From the NCBI RefSeq assembly GCF_022539665.2, contig NC_081331.1:13454001-13518000 (forward strand): DNA of 64,000 bases, given 5' to 3'. Below, one piece after another: positions 17,517 to 29,500 of this stretch. Within the stretch, counting starts at the first letter, position 1. Each line of letters begins with the position of its first letter. The notes below the pieces were generated by a model. That model was not told the origin of the DNA. It made no database searches and saw only the letters and a program-made list of their open reading frames with translations. The DNA is from Daphnia carinata. Its lineage: Eukaryota. The position numbers were made by a program, and so were the translations under genes.

Positions 17517-17533
17517 TGTGTGTGTGTGTGTGT
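17517..17533. repeat. (TG)n microsatellite
   Basis: TG dinucleotide run; a similar run lies at about 17896-17912. Confidence 0.7.
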
Positions 17534-18945
17534 ATAATAATATGAAAAGGTTTGTCATCAACGCGGCTGCACGCGCCCCTCTAACGCAGTGACTCGTAGA
17601 TAAGAACCTCAGGGTTTTGTACGCGCTCGTCGACTGTTAACAATCGAGTTAAGAGGACTCGACGTCTTTCGCTGTATATCCTTGCTGGTTATAACTTGAC
17701 AAAGGTTTTTCTTTTCCCTCTTTTTCTTTTAGCTCTAACTAGCGCGCACATGTGTGTGTTACGACTTTTTCGTAAAAAAAAAAAGGGAGAAACCGTCGTG
17801 CTGATTGAGGTCCTGGGCTTTTCCTTCTTGCTCACACATCGATGCTGACTAACAGGGACCGCCGTTAGTTTTGAAATGTAACACGTATGTAGATAGTGTG
17901 TGTGTGTGTGTGTCTAACTCCCCCTTCTATAGCGTGAGACCGCCGGGGAAAAAGTTCAAATGTTGCTGAGCTCTATAATTGAATTTAGGATTATCATTTT
18001 CCCTTAACTTATTAGTCCTGTCCCTCTTCGAACTTTGACGCGTTTTCTTTCCAACTTGCCTCTTACTTGTTTGGCTTATTCTAATCACAGTTATCATATT
18101 AAATTTTTTCCCTGAGTGTAAAAGTGTTTTCCTCGAATGTTAGAATTTGATACTTTTCCTATTGCGAGTTTGGTTAAGAAATAAGGAGGCGGGTTTTAAA
18201 AGGAAACAGGTGCATTGATTGAAGCACACACGATGCGGCGTGTATATAAAGAAATAAAGGCGGACAGATTCGAGATTATATGTAAGAATATTCAAAAAAG
18301 GAAAATAAACACACAATCGATTGAATTCCGCAGTCTTGTTCGACGAACAAGATCTTTTATGCCGCACAGTTCCAAACTTGTGCCATTGTTCCGCCAACGT
18401 TGTTGTTGTTGTTCGGAGAGTACGTCGCCTTTTATTTTTGCCCTCCATTGGCTACCCCGGCGTTAGTGACTTTGATTGATGCGAACTCACTCTCTTTTTG
18501 ACAATACGACTAGTGTCAACTCGATTGGACGGAAGAAAAAGAGTTAGTTCAGAGGGGGGAGGCAGGCGGACGTCGTCCATCCGCCTCGTAGATAATAAAA
18601 GACCAGCAGAAAAGAAATGGGTCGCAAACGTCAACGTCCAGTGGCTTTAAACCCAAACTTTTCTTTCCTCCGTCTTTTTCAATTTTCGAATACAACAACA
18701 AATCGAAAAAAAAAACCCGACTTGAAATGTGAAAAAAAGAAAAAAGTTGACGTTTTTCCCTCTTCTAGAAGACTAACAAAACAGTTCTATTCGTATAAAT
18801 ACACAAGCCTACGCTATACCGTATATTCTATGTCCGCATATTGTTCAGCGGGGGGTCCAAGCGGCTCGCTCTTATGGGTTAACTTTAAAATAAAATTAAA
18901 AAAAAAAAAAAGGAAAAATACAAAGCTAGAAAAAGCTTTGAAATA

Positions 18946-18964
18946 TCTCTCTCTCTCTCTCTCT
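18946..18964. repeat. (CT)n microsatellite
   Basis: CT dinucleotide run upstream of the Toll gene. Confidence 0.7.
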
Positions 18965-20325
18965 CGCTCTACCATCTCTTCGGGGGGATTCTGTGTGTGT
19001 GTGTGCGCGCTGTTGGATAGAAGGAGGAGGGTCGTCAATAACAAGGGCTAACCCTCCAGAGTTTCTGCCGCTGCGCCGCATCCCTCCGCCTTGTTGTGAA
19101 GTCAAAACGAGAGACGGATCTCTCTCTCATTCTGTGTGCCGCCATCGTCGGTGATAGACGTGTGTTTGATAGAGTGACCGCCATCATCTTTTTTTTTTTT
19201 TTTCGGTGTGAGCTCCTTTTTCCCAACAGCCAAACCCCTCTCTTCAGTGTGCACGCACACAACTCATCATCAACGACCGTGTACACACACAACTCGCTGT
19301 GTGTTTCGTGATTCACGACCGCCCACTTTTTTTTTCTCGTTGAATTACTTTTTTTTTTCTTCTTCTTCTCGCCAGTTGGTCGGTGTCTGATGATTGTTGT
19401 TTGCGTGGCAGTGTTGGTTTTTTCTCCTCGTTCACTTGTTTAATTTTGTTGTATTTTTTTTTTTGGCCGCTGTTGGCGTTATCGTTCCTGGGCAATTATC
19501 GCGTTGAAAATTGTGTTGATGACCGGATCGTGTGTTTGTGTGTTTTCCACCGAAAAAAAAAAAGTTGGATGCGAACGGGTGAAAGTTTTGTGGAAATGCG
19601 ACGACCCAATGGCTCTTTGGGCCGCATCCCTTCACCTTGTTATTCGCCAGAGAGCTGCTGTTGCACCAGCAACAAACGGCTGATGCTCCTCTTGTCCATT
19701 GTCGTGTGAAATTCAATAGCCGTGTAAAGAGTGGAGCCAGGCCAAAGCTGTTTGGGTCCTTTTCATACGCGCCCCCCTGTTATTTCAGTAGTTTTTTTGT
19801 ACGTTTTTTTAAAGCCCAGGCCCTTATTCTCTATCTTTAGCAACGGTGCAGATGGCAGTTTAATGTGACCGGCTAGATCCCTATCCGATATTTATAAAGA
19901 TAATCTCTAGGAAAAAAAAAAACTCTCGACAATAACAGAAAAATAGACCCCCCCTCTGAAAAAAACAGACACAAAAGAATTAAATGTAAATGACGTGGAG
20001 GAAATAAAAAGAAAAAATACTGACAAAAGGACAAACCACCCACGGAAGAAAAAGATCTTGATGTGATAAATCGACGTCATAATTCACGTTCAAAAAAAAA
20101 AAAAAATTTTGAAAAAAAAAAGATAAGTCTAGACAACAAGAAGACATTCCAAAGTGCTTCCTAGGCAGCATCAGCGCATTGAAAAGGAAGAAAAGGCGCA
20201 CATTTTTTTTCCGCCCAACATTCTTAAAGCCTTTTTTTTTTTCGTTCTTACGAGTCATATTGCGAGTGCCGTGCGCAAGAGTGGGAAATCATTTCTGAGA
20301 ACAATTCGAGAAAAAAAAAAAGGAT

Positions 20326-23300
20326 ATGGCCGCTATGAAGAGGAAACGATCCGCAAAAAGTAACAACGGCCATCATCTGGGCGTCGTTGAAGCAGTCCGG
20401 AATTGTTATTTACTATGCTGGTTGGCCATTGGAGTCACACTGTGCGACGCCAGTTTCCATTATGAAGCGCCGTCAGATTGCCAATGGACGTTGATGAATT
20501 CGTCAATGTCTTTATCGAATTCAATGTCGTCGAGCGGTGGAACAGGCGCCGGATCGACGGGTCATTCGGCTCTGCCAATAGCCGGCCTCGGTCCTAACGA
20601 CGTGGCACTCCATTGCCGACTGCGTACCATCAACAGTCAATTCGATCAGACCAATTTCTCTGTGGTACCGCGTGAACACACCGCTTCACTCACGATCGAA
20701 TGCAGCGATTCGCTGCTCTACCAAAGGTAAGAAGCAAACAGAACTTCATTATACATTCAATTACCTTTTTCGATGGAAAAAAGAAAAGAGTTCTTCGTCT
20801 CTTTCAATTTTCCAAATAATTCAATATCCGTGCTCGATGGGGGAGAGACGTTAACTTCATTCATCGTGTACGATTGAAATCCAATCATTTCGTGAAAAAG
20901 AAAAGAAACTCTTTTCATTTCGACATTGAGCCAATGATTTATCGATTAAGCTTTTACACGTGAGCTCTCAGCTTTTGCTTTCATTTTTCTTTTGTTGAGT
21001 AAAAAGCTTATTAATAAATCAAAAAAACATTGACATGTTTTTGTTCCGTTAAAGCTTCCTGCATCCGCACAGCTTCGGCCATTTGCACCATCTGCGCCAG
21101 CTCACCATCGATTATTGCAAACTCGGCCAGCTCGCCAGAGGAGTCTTTCACGGCCTTCGGGACCTTCGTTCGTTGGCCATTCGATCGCACAACGACGTTT
21201 GGCCGGCCATGAACTTGGACTTGAACCGCGATAGTTTGGCTCACGATGTCGGCCAATTGGAACGGCTGGATCTCAGCCGGAACAATATCCTCACCTTCCG
21301 CCGTCAGCTCTTTTGCGATTTGACCAGTCTCCAATTCCTCAACGTCAGCCATAATCGATTGGCCGACCTTAACGATTTGGGATTGAATTTTGAAACAATC
21401 GATTCGGACGAAAGGGCGTCTTCTCCTACTCCGCCCAGCTCGACAGTGGCACCCGGATATTGCCCAACTCCGTTGACGACAGTGGACGCCTCGTACAATC
21501 AGCTGACGGCGCTGACAAGCCGCGGAGTGGCAGCCCTGCGCCATTTGCGGATCCTTAAACTCGACCACAATAAAATCCAGCATCTGGATGACGGCGCGTT
21601 GGGACCGCTGGAACAACTAGAGCAACTGGACCTGTCCGTCAATCAAGTCGAGAGGATACCCCAAATATTTCTGACGTCAACGGTCGCATTGAAGGAGCTC
21701 AATTTGAGCAACAACACGTTGTCCGTGCTCCCCGCTGGCGCATTATCATCGCAGAGACATTTGGAAGTGTTGCAATTGTCCTGGAATCGACTCACTTTGT
21801 CGAACGGAAGCCTATTCGACAACCTGGTGCGTTTGGTCGTGCTGGATTTATCGCACAATCAAATTGGCCGCATCCGCCGCCCGCTCTTCAAGGACCTGTA
21901 CAGTTTGCAAGTTCTGAAATTAGATTCGAACGCCATCGAGGCCGTAGAGGCGGGCTCGTTCGCTTCGCTGAGCAATTTGCATACGCTCGACTTGTCGGAT
22001 AATAAATTAGCCTTCATCGAGAGCCATTATTTCAACGGTTTATTGGTGTTAAATCAGTTGAAACTCAACGCAAATTCACTGGTCGGATTGGATGGGGAAA
22101 CGTTCCGCAATTGTTCCAATCTGGAAGAGCTCTACCTGCAAGATAATCGACTGGAACGTTTGCCTTCCAGCTTCAAGACGCTGACTCTTTTGAAAACGCT
22201 GGACCTGTCGCACAATCGGATCAGGTTCATCAACGCCACTTCGCTGAGGGGGCTCAAAAATTTGCATCATCTCAGACTATCGGGTAACCAAATCAAGACG
22301 ATCCGGCAGGCTTCCCTTCCGCCGTTGGGATTGCTCAAAACGCTCGACCTGTCGCACTCGTCGCTCCAGACGGTCGAGCGGAGCGCCCTGGACGGGCTCA
22401 CCGGCCTGGAAACGCTTTATCTCAACGGCAACAATTTGAGCAGTCTGGAACACGTCGTCCAGAACCTGCCGCACTTGACGCGGCTCAACGTGTCCGACAA
22501 CGACTTGCGCTGGTTCGACTACGCCCTCCTACCGACCGGGCTCCAATGGCTGGACATGCACAAGAACCAGATCGAGGAGCTGGGCAACTACCTGCGCCTG
22601 GAGAGTCACCTCAAGTTGGAAACGCTCGACGCCAGTTATAACCGAATCGCCTCCATCGGAGCGGCCTCTTTACCGCACGGATTGCGTGTGGCCACGCTCA
22701 GCGACAACCAAATCAGCGTCGTCGAGCCCAACACGTTCGCCGACAAGGCCAACTTATCGCGTGTCGATCTCTACGGCAATCAACTGGTCACGTTGAACCT
22801 GAACGCCCTGCGGCTTAGCCCGGACGTCCAAGTCTTGCCCGAATTCTACCTGGGCGGCAATCCATTCCAATGTGATTGCGACATGTAAGTTTTGGTTTTT
22901 TTGATTTATTTATTTATAAATAATTCCAGTTCCAGGTAGCTAAGAAAACGATGTGTGTGTGAATCTATTTTACCTTTAGCCAAGACGTGTGTGTGTGTAA
23001 TTTGACTCTCTCTCGAGTCTTCTCTTTTACCCTGCGCGGCACGCGATATAGTCCCCCCCCCCCCCTGAAAAGTAACTGGAGAACTCTGTATCTCTCAGCT
23101 CGCACTTTGAAGGGAAAGAAAAAAGAGACTGCTGCTGGACACGCTGAACTTGATGCCCCCAAAAGAAACTTGAAACTCTTTAAGCTGCGGAGTTTCGGAG
23201 TGGCCGTTTTTTTTTTTTACTTGGTCTTTTTAAGTTTGATGATGTGCTTTATTTTTTGAGGGCAAGCCGAGTGAAATGCCGATTGTTATAAGCTTCTTTT

Positions 23301-26300
23301 GGAAAGGGCAACTGCTTAGGCTGTTGTCTACGTTCACGGCGGTTCTATTATAATAGGCCTGGAGCTTTTGTCAGATGTGCGGAAGCCCGTCTATTTCGAG
23401 TCGCAAAAGCGCGAAATTTTGCGTCGTTCAACATTTTTTTTTCATGCGCTTTCTTTTGTTTTCTCGTCGATAGAGTTTCACTTGGTCCCTTTTCTTTCTA
23501 AAAATTCAAGCGGTTGAAGAGGAAATCATCAAATTTGACGAGGAAAAAGAAGATGATAAGGAAGAAGAGAACAATAGGCAAATGTAAAGGCGGGGCTTCC
23601 ATCTGTAGATGAACTATCGATCGTATACGCGACACAATTGAAGAATCTGTCGACTCCCTTTCTCTCTCTCTTCGCTAACATATAGCTGCTACTGTCATTC
23701 TCCGTCAAGGGGACCGTCACTTTCCCAAAGCCCTGCCTTCTCCTTTGGCGTTCCTCGTTGTGCGTTCGATTTCGGGAAAGTCGGTGCAAGGATCGATCCT
23801 GGCGTTCTCACGTATGCTCAAACACCAGAGAATCTAACCCTCCTCCGCCCTCTATTTTTTTTTTTTTTTTTGGCTATAAATATATAGTCCTCATGACATA
23901 CACCGTAAGTTGTGTACACATAGAGTTTGAATTTAGAAATCCGATCAAAGTGAAACGTGTATTAAAGTTGACATGTTGTCACACACAATTCTCGGGGAAA
24001 ACAAGGGACCCAATCAAAGGAAACAAAATAGGATTGAAAAACAAAGTTAACTAGAAAAAAGAAGGGAAAGGGGATTTGTGTGTCCTAGTATTTTAGGTTG
24101 TCGTATATAGCAAGAGTTATATAGTCAGCGTCTTATAGACTCTGCTTTTTTTTATTTTCTTTCGATCCACTGATGAATCACATAGTCAATCTTAAAAGGG
24201 AAAAAGAAAAAAAAGGGAAGGTTCTTAATTCCTTTGGCAGGGCACTTCATAAAAAAAAAGAGAGCCTTGTAGGGTCTCCGTGTCCAGGAGCTTTACGGCC
24301 TGATACGTTAAAGGACGCCTATATAGACCAATATAAGATTGGATCGCTGCCTTGGCTATCCGATGTTCATTTGAGCCAGGTCGTATATAGTATAGGATTC
24401 GATACGTCGAACTTATATATAATCCTTGACCTGTTTCAAAGTTACAAGAGGAACAAGGGAACGCTAGGAAAAAGAAGGATCTTTTCTTTTTTATGGTCAT
24501 TAATCAATAAAGACGAGCTGCTTAAAAGAGCTCGTATACACACGACCAGTTCTTTTCATAGGGAAACTATTAATTTTCATTTGACTTTGTGTGTGTGTGT
24601 GTGATAAGGAATTTTCGCGATGAAGGCAATTACAAATAGAGAGGCCAAAGAGTCGGAGGCCAAATGTAAATGATGTTGTGATTTATTACATTTTTATTAA
24701 AAAACCATTACAAACAGGGAATGGCTGCAGCGTATCAACGCCCTCAACAATGCCGGGCAGTACCCTCGCGCCATGGATTTAGTGAGTTCATAATCAACAT
24801 TGAATTGAACGACCCGAATTTTGTGAACATCAATTTCTTTTTTTTTTTTTTTTGCTGCAGGATTCCATATATTGTCGGCTCTCGTACGGACGCGGATCGC
24901 GCTCCGTGACGCCATTGGTGGAAGCCACATCGTCGGATTTCCTCTGTCCGTACCGGACCCACTGTTTTGCTCTGTGCCACTGCTGCGATTTCGACGCCTG
25001 CGACTGCGAAATGACGTGTCCGACCAACTGTTCTTGCTATCACGACCAGTCGTGGTCCACTAACGTCGTCGATTGTTCCGGCGGATCCGGAGATCTCCTG
25101 ACCGACATCCCGTCCAGGATCCCCATGGATGCGACTGACGTCTACCTGGACGGCAACAATCTCGGCCAGCTCATCAATCACGCTTTCATCGGTAAGAAGA
25201 ACCTGAGGACGCTGTTGCTCAACAACTCGGCCGTCGTTTCCCTGCACAACCACACGTTCAGCGGCTTGAAACGACTTTTGGTCCTTCATCTGGACCGTAA
25301 CGAGTTGACCGAGCTGTCCGGCTACGAGTTTGAACCGTTGGAGAACTTGAGGGAGCTCTACGTGCAAAACAACAAGATCGCCACCATCCACGCCAAGACA
25401 TTTAGCCACTTGAGAAGTTTGCAGGTGTTGGATGTGAGTGGCAACCAGCTGGTGCGCTACGATGCTGGCCAGCTGTTGACGGCCAACCCTTACCTGCGAA
25501 CGTTGTGGCTGGCCGACAATCCGTGGTCGTGTCAATGCGATTTCGTCCGTCCTCTGCGCGACTGGTTCCAGTCGACAAGAGCCCAAATCGACGACCAGGA
25601 CGCCGTCAGCTGTTCGCCGCTCGGATTACAGATCCTGGTAGCTAACGAAAGTTGTCCCACTTCGGACGGATCGTCCGTCTTGTTGAGCCCTTACCACCCA
25701 GCCGATTGGTGGCTATTAATGGCCGCTACCTTCTCGTTGGCGGTGGTTATCCTATCGGCGGGCATTTGCCTGTGCTGCTGTCGCCGCCAATTACGGCTGT
25801 TGCTCTTCAGCCAATGCGGAGTGCGGATGTGTTATAATCACGACGAAGAATCAGCTGATAGTAAGCCGTTCGATGCTCTGGTTATCTACAGCGCCAAGGA
25901 CGACGTCCTCCTCAAAGACACTCTGGTTAAGCTGGAACGCAAGACGTACCAGTTGTGCCTGCAGCACCGGATTGCGGATCACGATCAAGATTTGAGCGCC
26001 GCGGCGTCTGCTAGCCGCCGGCTCCTCATCCTGCTGACCAAGAGCTTCGTGGAGACGGAATGGGGCAAGGCCAGCGTCCGCGCACTCCTACGATCGACTT
26101 GGCAACCGGCAGCGGGAGCCGTGGGGGTCCGTTCTAGACGCGACCGCGTCATCATTTTACTGCCGGAACCGCATATCGTCCGCGAGATCGACGCCGACCT
26201 GGACCTGCATCTGCTCTTGAAGCACAGTCAAGTCGTTGAATGGAACCGTCGATTCTGCTGGAGTCGGCTTTTGTTAGCTCTGCCTCCGCCGAGAGGAGTC

Positions 26301-26525
26301 CTAGCCCCGGCCGATTGCCATCAGGCGGCCATCAGTCATCCGCAGCAGTCGGCCATGCCATCGGCCTATTCCGGCATCATGCTGTCGGGTAATAATGCGA
26401 ACGGTACTGGTGTTGGCTGCACGACGACCACCAGCAACTACGCCACGGGTGCAACTGCTTCTGCCAGGCACCATCACAAGCTCATCCATCAGCGCCAACT
26501 GCCCACTGTTCCGGAAACGATCTGA
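20326..26525 (+). CDS. Toll-family receptor (Toll-6/Tollo/18-wheeler class; LRR, cysteine clusters, TM, TIR), about 1319 aa, 4 exons
   Basis: Exons 20326-20726, 21055-22884, 24718-24781, 24861-26525 (3960 nt). Signal peptide, then YEAPSDCQW...LHCRLRTINSQFDQTNFSVVP, many LxxLxLxxN repeats, LGGNPFQCDCDMEWLQRIN, HCFALCHCCDFDACDCEMTCP, NPWSCQC, a TM helix and a TIR-like FDALVIYS...SRRLLILLTKSFVETEW. Confidence 0.93.
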
Positions 26526-29500
26526 TGAGTCAGTCCTCCTCCTTTTTTTTTTGGGAAGGGGTGGGTGCTTGTTCCTCCTTTCTTATTCAGCCAATGATGT
26601 ATCGCGTTTCCTTACCCAGCTTTTTCTATCCATTATGATATACACTCATCATTTTTTTTTCTTTCTTTATTCTTTATCTTTCCGGATGGACTTTTTTTGG
26701 CCCCTCCGTATATTAGAGACTATGTTGTGCTTGGCCAACTCCTTAACGATCTACCTAGCCGTCTTTTAATTTAAACGAGCCCCAATCATTGTTGCATTTA
26801 AGCTGCGCATCATTTGATGATCTTTAAAAACAAAAACCCGATTGGAGACAGCGAAGAGGAAATAAAATGTACATTGTAAGATACATCGAAAAACACGGCC
26901 GCAATTTCACTTCAAAATAAGGGAGGGTGATGGATTAAAGCGTCGATCATTCAAGCGGATGTAAAACATTTCAAGCGAACCAGATCTATTATGGGCGATA
27001 GGGATAAGAGAGAGAGGGGGGAGATTTGAATTTTCCTTTAAAAGAATCCCGAGGCAGCTGCCTGAACTGTCTAGTCGGATCGAATGTCTCTACTTTATTT
27101 TCTAAACTATTACATTTCTCTTTAAAAAAAATATTACATAATAGCGCTATGGACAAGGTGGCGACAACCTACCCACGTTTATTCAATAGATAACGTTTTC
27201 TGTATATCTTCACATCAAGAACGAGCAACTCTAGCAGCTTGCGTTTAAAAAGAGCAGCAGGGCTGCACATCAGATACGGTTTTTCACCCTCCTTTTTTTA
27301 TGATACACAAATTTAAGCTCCCTCCATTTTTTTTTTTGAATCAAAATCTTTTTTAATTCGTGGACGGAACCCATCGATATCAAAACCGTTTACATCTCTT
27401 TTAATATTCCCCCCTCCACACGGTTCTTTTGTGTCTGAAAGATTCTTTTTTTTTTAAATGGGGAATATATTTCCTCGTTTTTTGATTGAATCGACAGTTC
27501 GTCCCCATCGTCGATCAATACAATTGTCGCTCTGTTTTTACGAGAGGCCTATATAACCGAAAGCCACTACACACATTCATATAAGCCACATAAGGGGTTA
27601 CAACTGCTGGCTTGTGCGGTCTATTAATGCATCTGTATAAGAAACTGGGTGTGTTGTGTATATTATATATATATATCTGTTTGAATATTCGTCTAGAGCT
27701 GGACCCCCTTGTACGACCCTTCTCGGTCGACCGTGCAAAAGAGAAATCGATTGTCCGGGAGCGGAGCAGTAGAAGAGATGGGGAGGGGAGGAGAAACTGC
27801 ATGAAAGGAGAAGGGGGGAGAACATTTGTGATGGCCAAAGGCGCGTGCACAGTTTTTTTTTTTTCTTCGAGTCAGTAGGGTCTGTCAAGCTAATCAGTCC
27901 CGACTCTCTCTTTTGAGAAACTAACATCCGCTGGTTCCTTCTTCTTTTTTCTCCCCCTTGCTTTTCTTAAGTATAGAATTACAGCAGCAAGATTCATCTC
28001 TATAAAATATAAAGACAGACTTTCTGGCGGAAGGTTGGGTTCCCGTTGTTGAACTTGCGCAAGAAATCGAACTGCCAGTGCCTTGTCAGTAGTTGTGTAT
28101 TACACGTCTGGAATATTTAAGAAAAAGACTGGCGAAGACAAAAGCGAAACGAAAACTTGCGTATAATGGGGGGGGGGGATGTGTAAAAGACTAATCAATA
28201 CTGTTACTCTCTCTTCTTTAACTCACGTATATTTGTAGCAAATTGTAACTAACGTGTTACATGTTCGCATAATCCTTCATACTCCTTTTTGTACATGTAA
28301 CGTGTCTGTATATCAATATCTAACCCTTCCTTTTTCTTATTATTCTTGTATATATATTAAATAATTATCATTCATATTTATACATAGATAAGGGATGAGA
28401 ATTTTTTTTTTTTATGTACGTGGTGTCTTTCTCTTATTGATATATCTGACGAAAATAAAAAATAAATTGAAGAGCATTTCATTTTTTTTTTTTTTCATGA
28501 TCTCTCGCGTTTGACAATAGGATCACAATCTGTTTGTTGGGAAATCGATGTGAAGAGGCTTGACAAATAAATTTTTCTTTTTTCATAACATATGATGTGA
28601 GCGTTAGAGTGCCTCGAAGTATAGTGTGGGAGTTTTATAAATGGTGCCGGAGGTGAGGAAAATGAAAGAAAAGGGACGTACACGTAGAGTAAATCTGAAA
28701 TCATTTTTGACTGGCTGGATGAGACTTTCTTTCTTAAAACTAATTTTTTTTTTTTTTTTTTTGCAAACTATTCACTGAAAATCCTCGGGTTCTTGAGGCT
28801 ACTCCAGTTCAAGATGAGATCGTAAGTGCCTGGAAATATTTTGTTTAAAACATGGGCGTTGTGTAGAATTTTTTTCGAAAGGAATTGCAATTGTTATTTC
28901 AGGAGCATCGGGTACAAGATTCCTCGTTTATTTATTTCTGCCGTCCGCCTCGTTGCAATTTTCGCAAAAAAAAAAAAGAAGAAAGAAAATTAGTTTTCCA
29001 GAATTTCTTATTTTCTGTGTTCACAAACACACAAAGAGTTCTGCAGTTGTATCGATCGCCAGCGAAAGAAGAATCTTGGGCGGAAAGAGAAAAGAAGTTC
29101 TCGTTTCCTTTGCTTTCATCCGTCGTCATCGACGATGTCTCCGGTGTTCGGCAAAAGTCAACTCTTTTCTTGCCCTTATGTTTAAAGACTTGGCGAAGCT
29201 CTTGGCCTCTTTTTTATTTTTCCATCGCCATTTTCTTAACTTTGATTTCTTTTCGGCCCTTTGCAAAACAGAGAAAAGTTAGACGTCCAAATGCAAGGAT
29301 ATGATGTGGTTCGATAACTTTTTTAGATAATCCTAAAGACATACGCAACAAACAGCCTCTTTTTTTTTCTTATCCTTTCCTCAGCCCACAGCTCTGTAAT
29401 AATATCCGCAATCTCCTATAGTTTATATAAACCTTTCCCCTCCTCCCGAAAAAGAGAGAGAGAGGGCAAGTTGCCAGTAAGCCACGAAATGATTTGGTCT

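Noticed and set aside
13000..20300. Many 60-140 aa ORFs in the intergenic DNA here and at 26600-37000
   Set aside because: Low-complexity Lys/Phe-rich translations of A/T homopolymers and microsatellites.
24744..25586. 280-aa antisense ORF, and the 201-aa ORF at 21011-21616, overlapping the Toll gene
   Set aside because: Shadow ORFs on the reverse strand of GC-rich LRR coding sequence, with no motifs or splice logic of their own.
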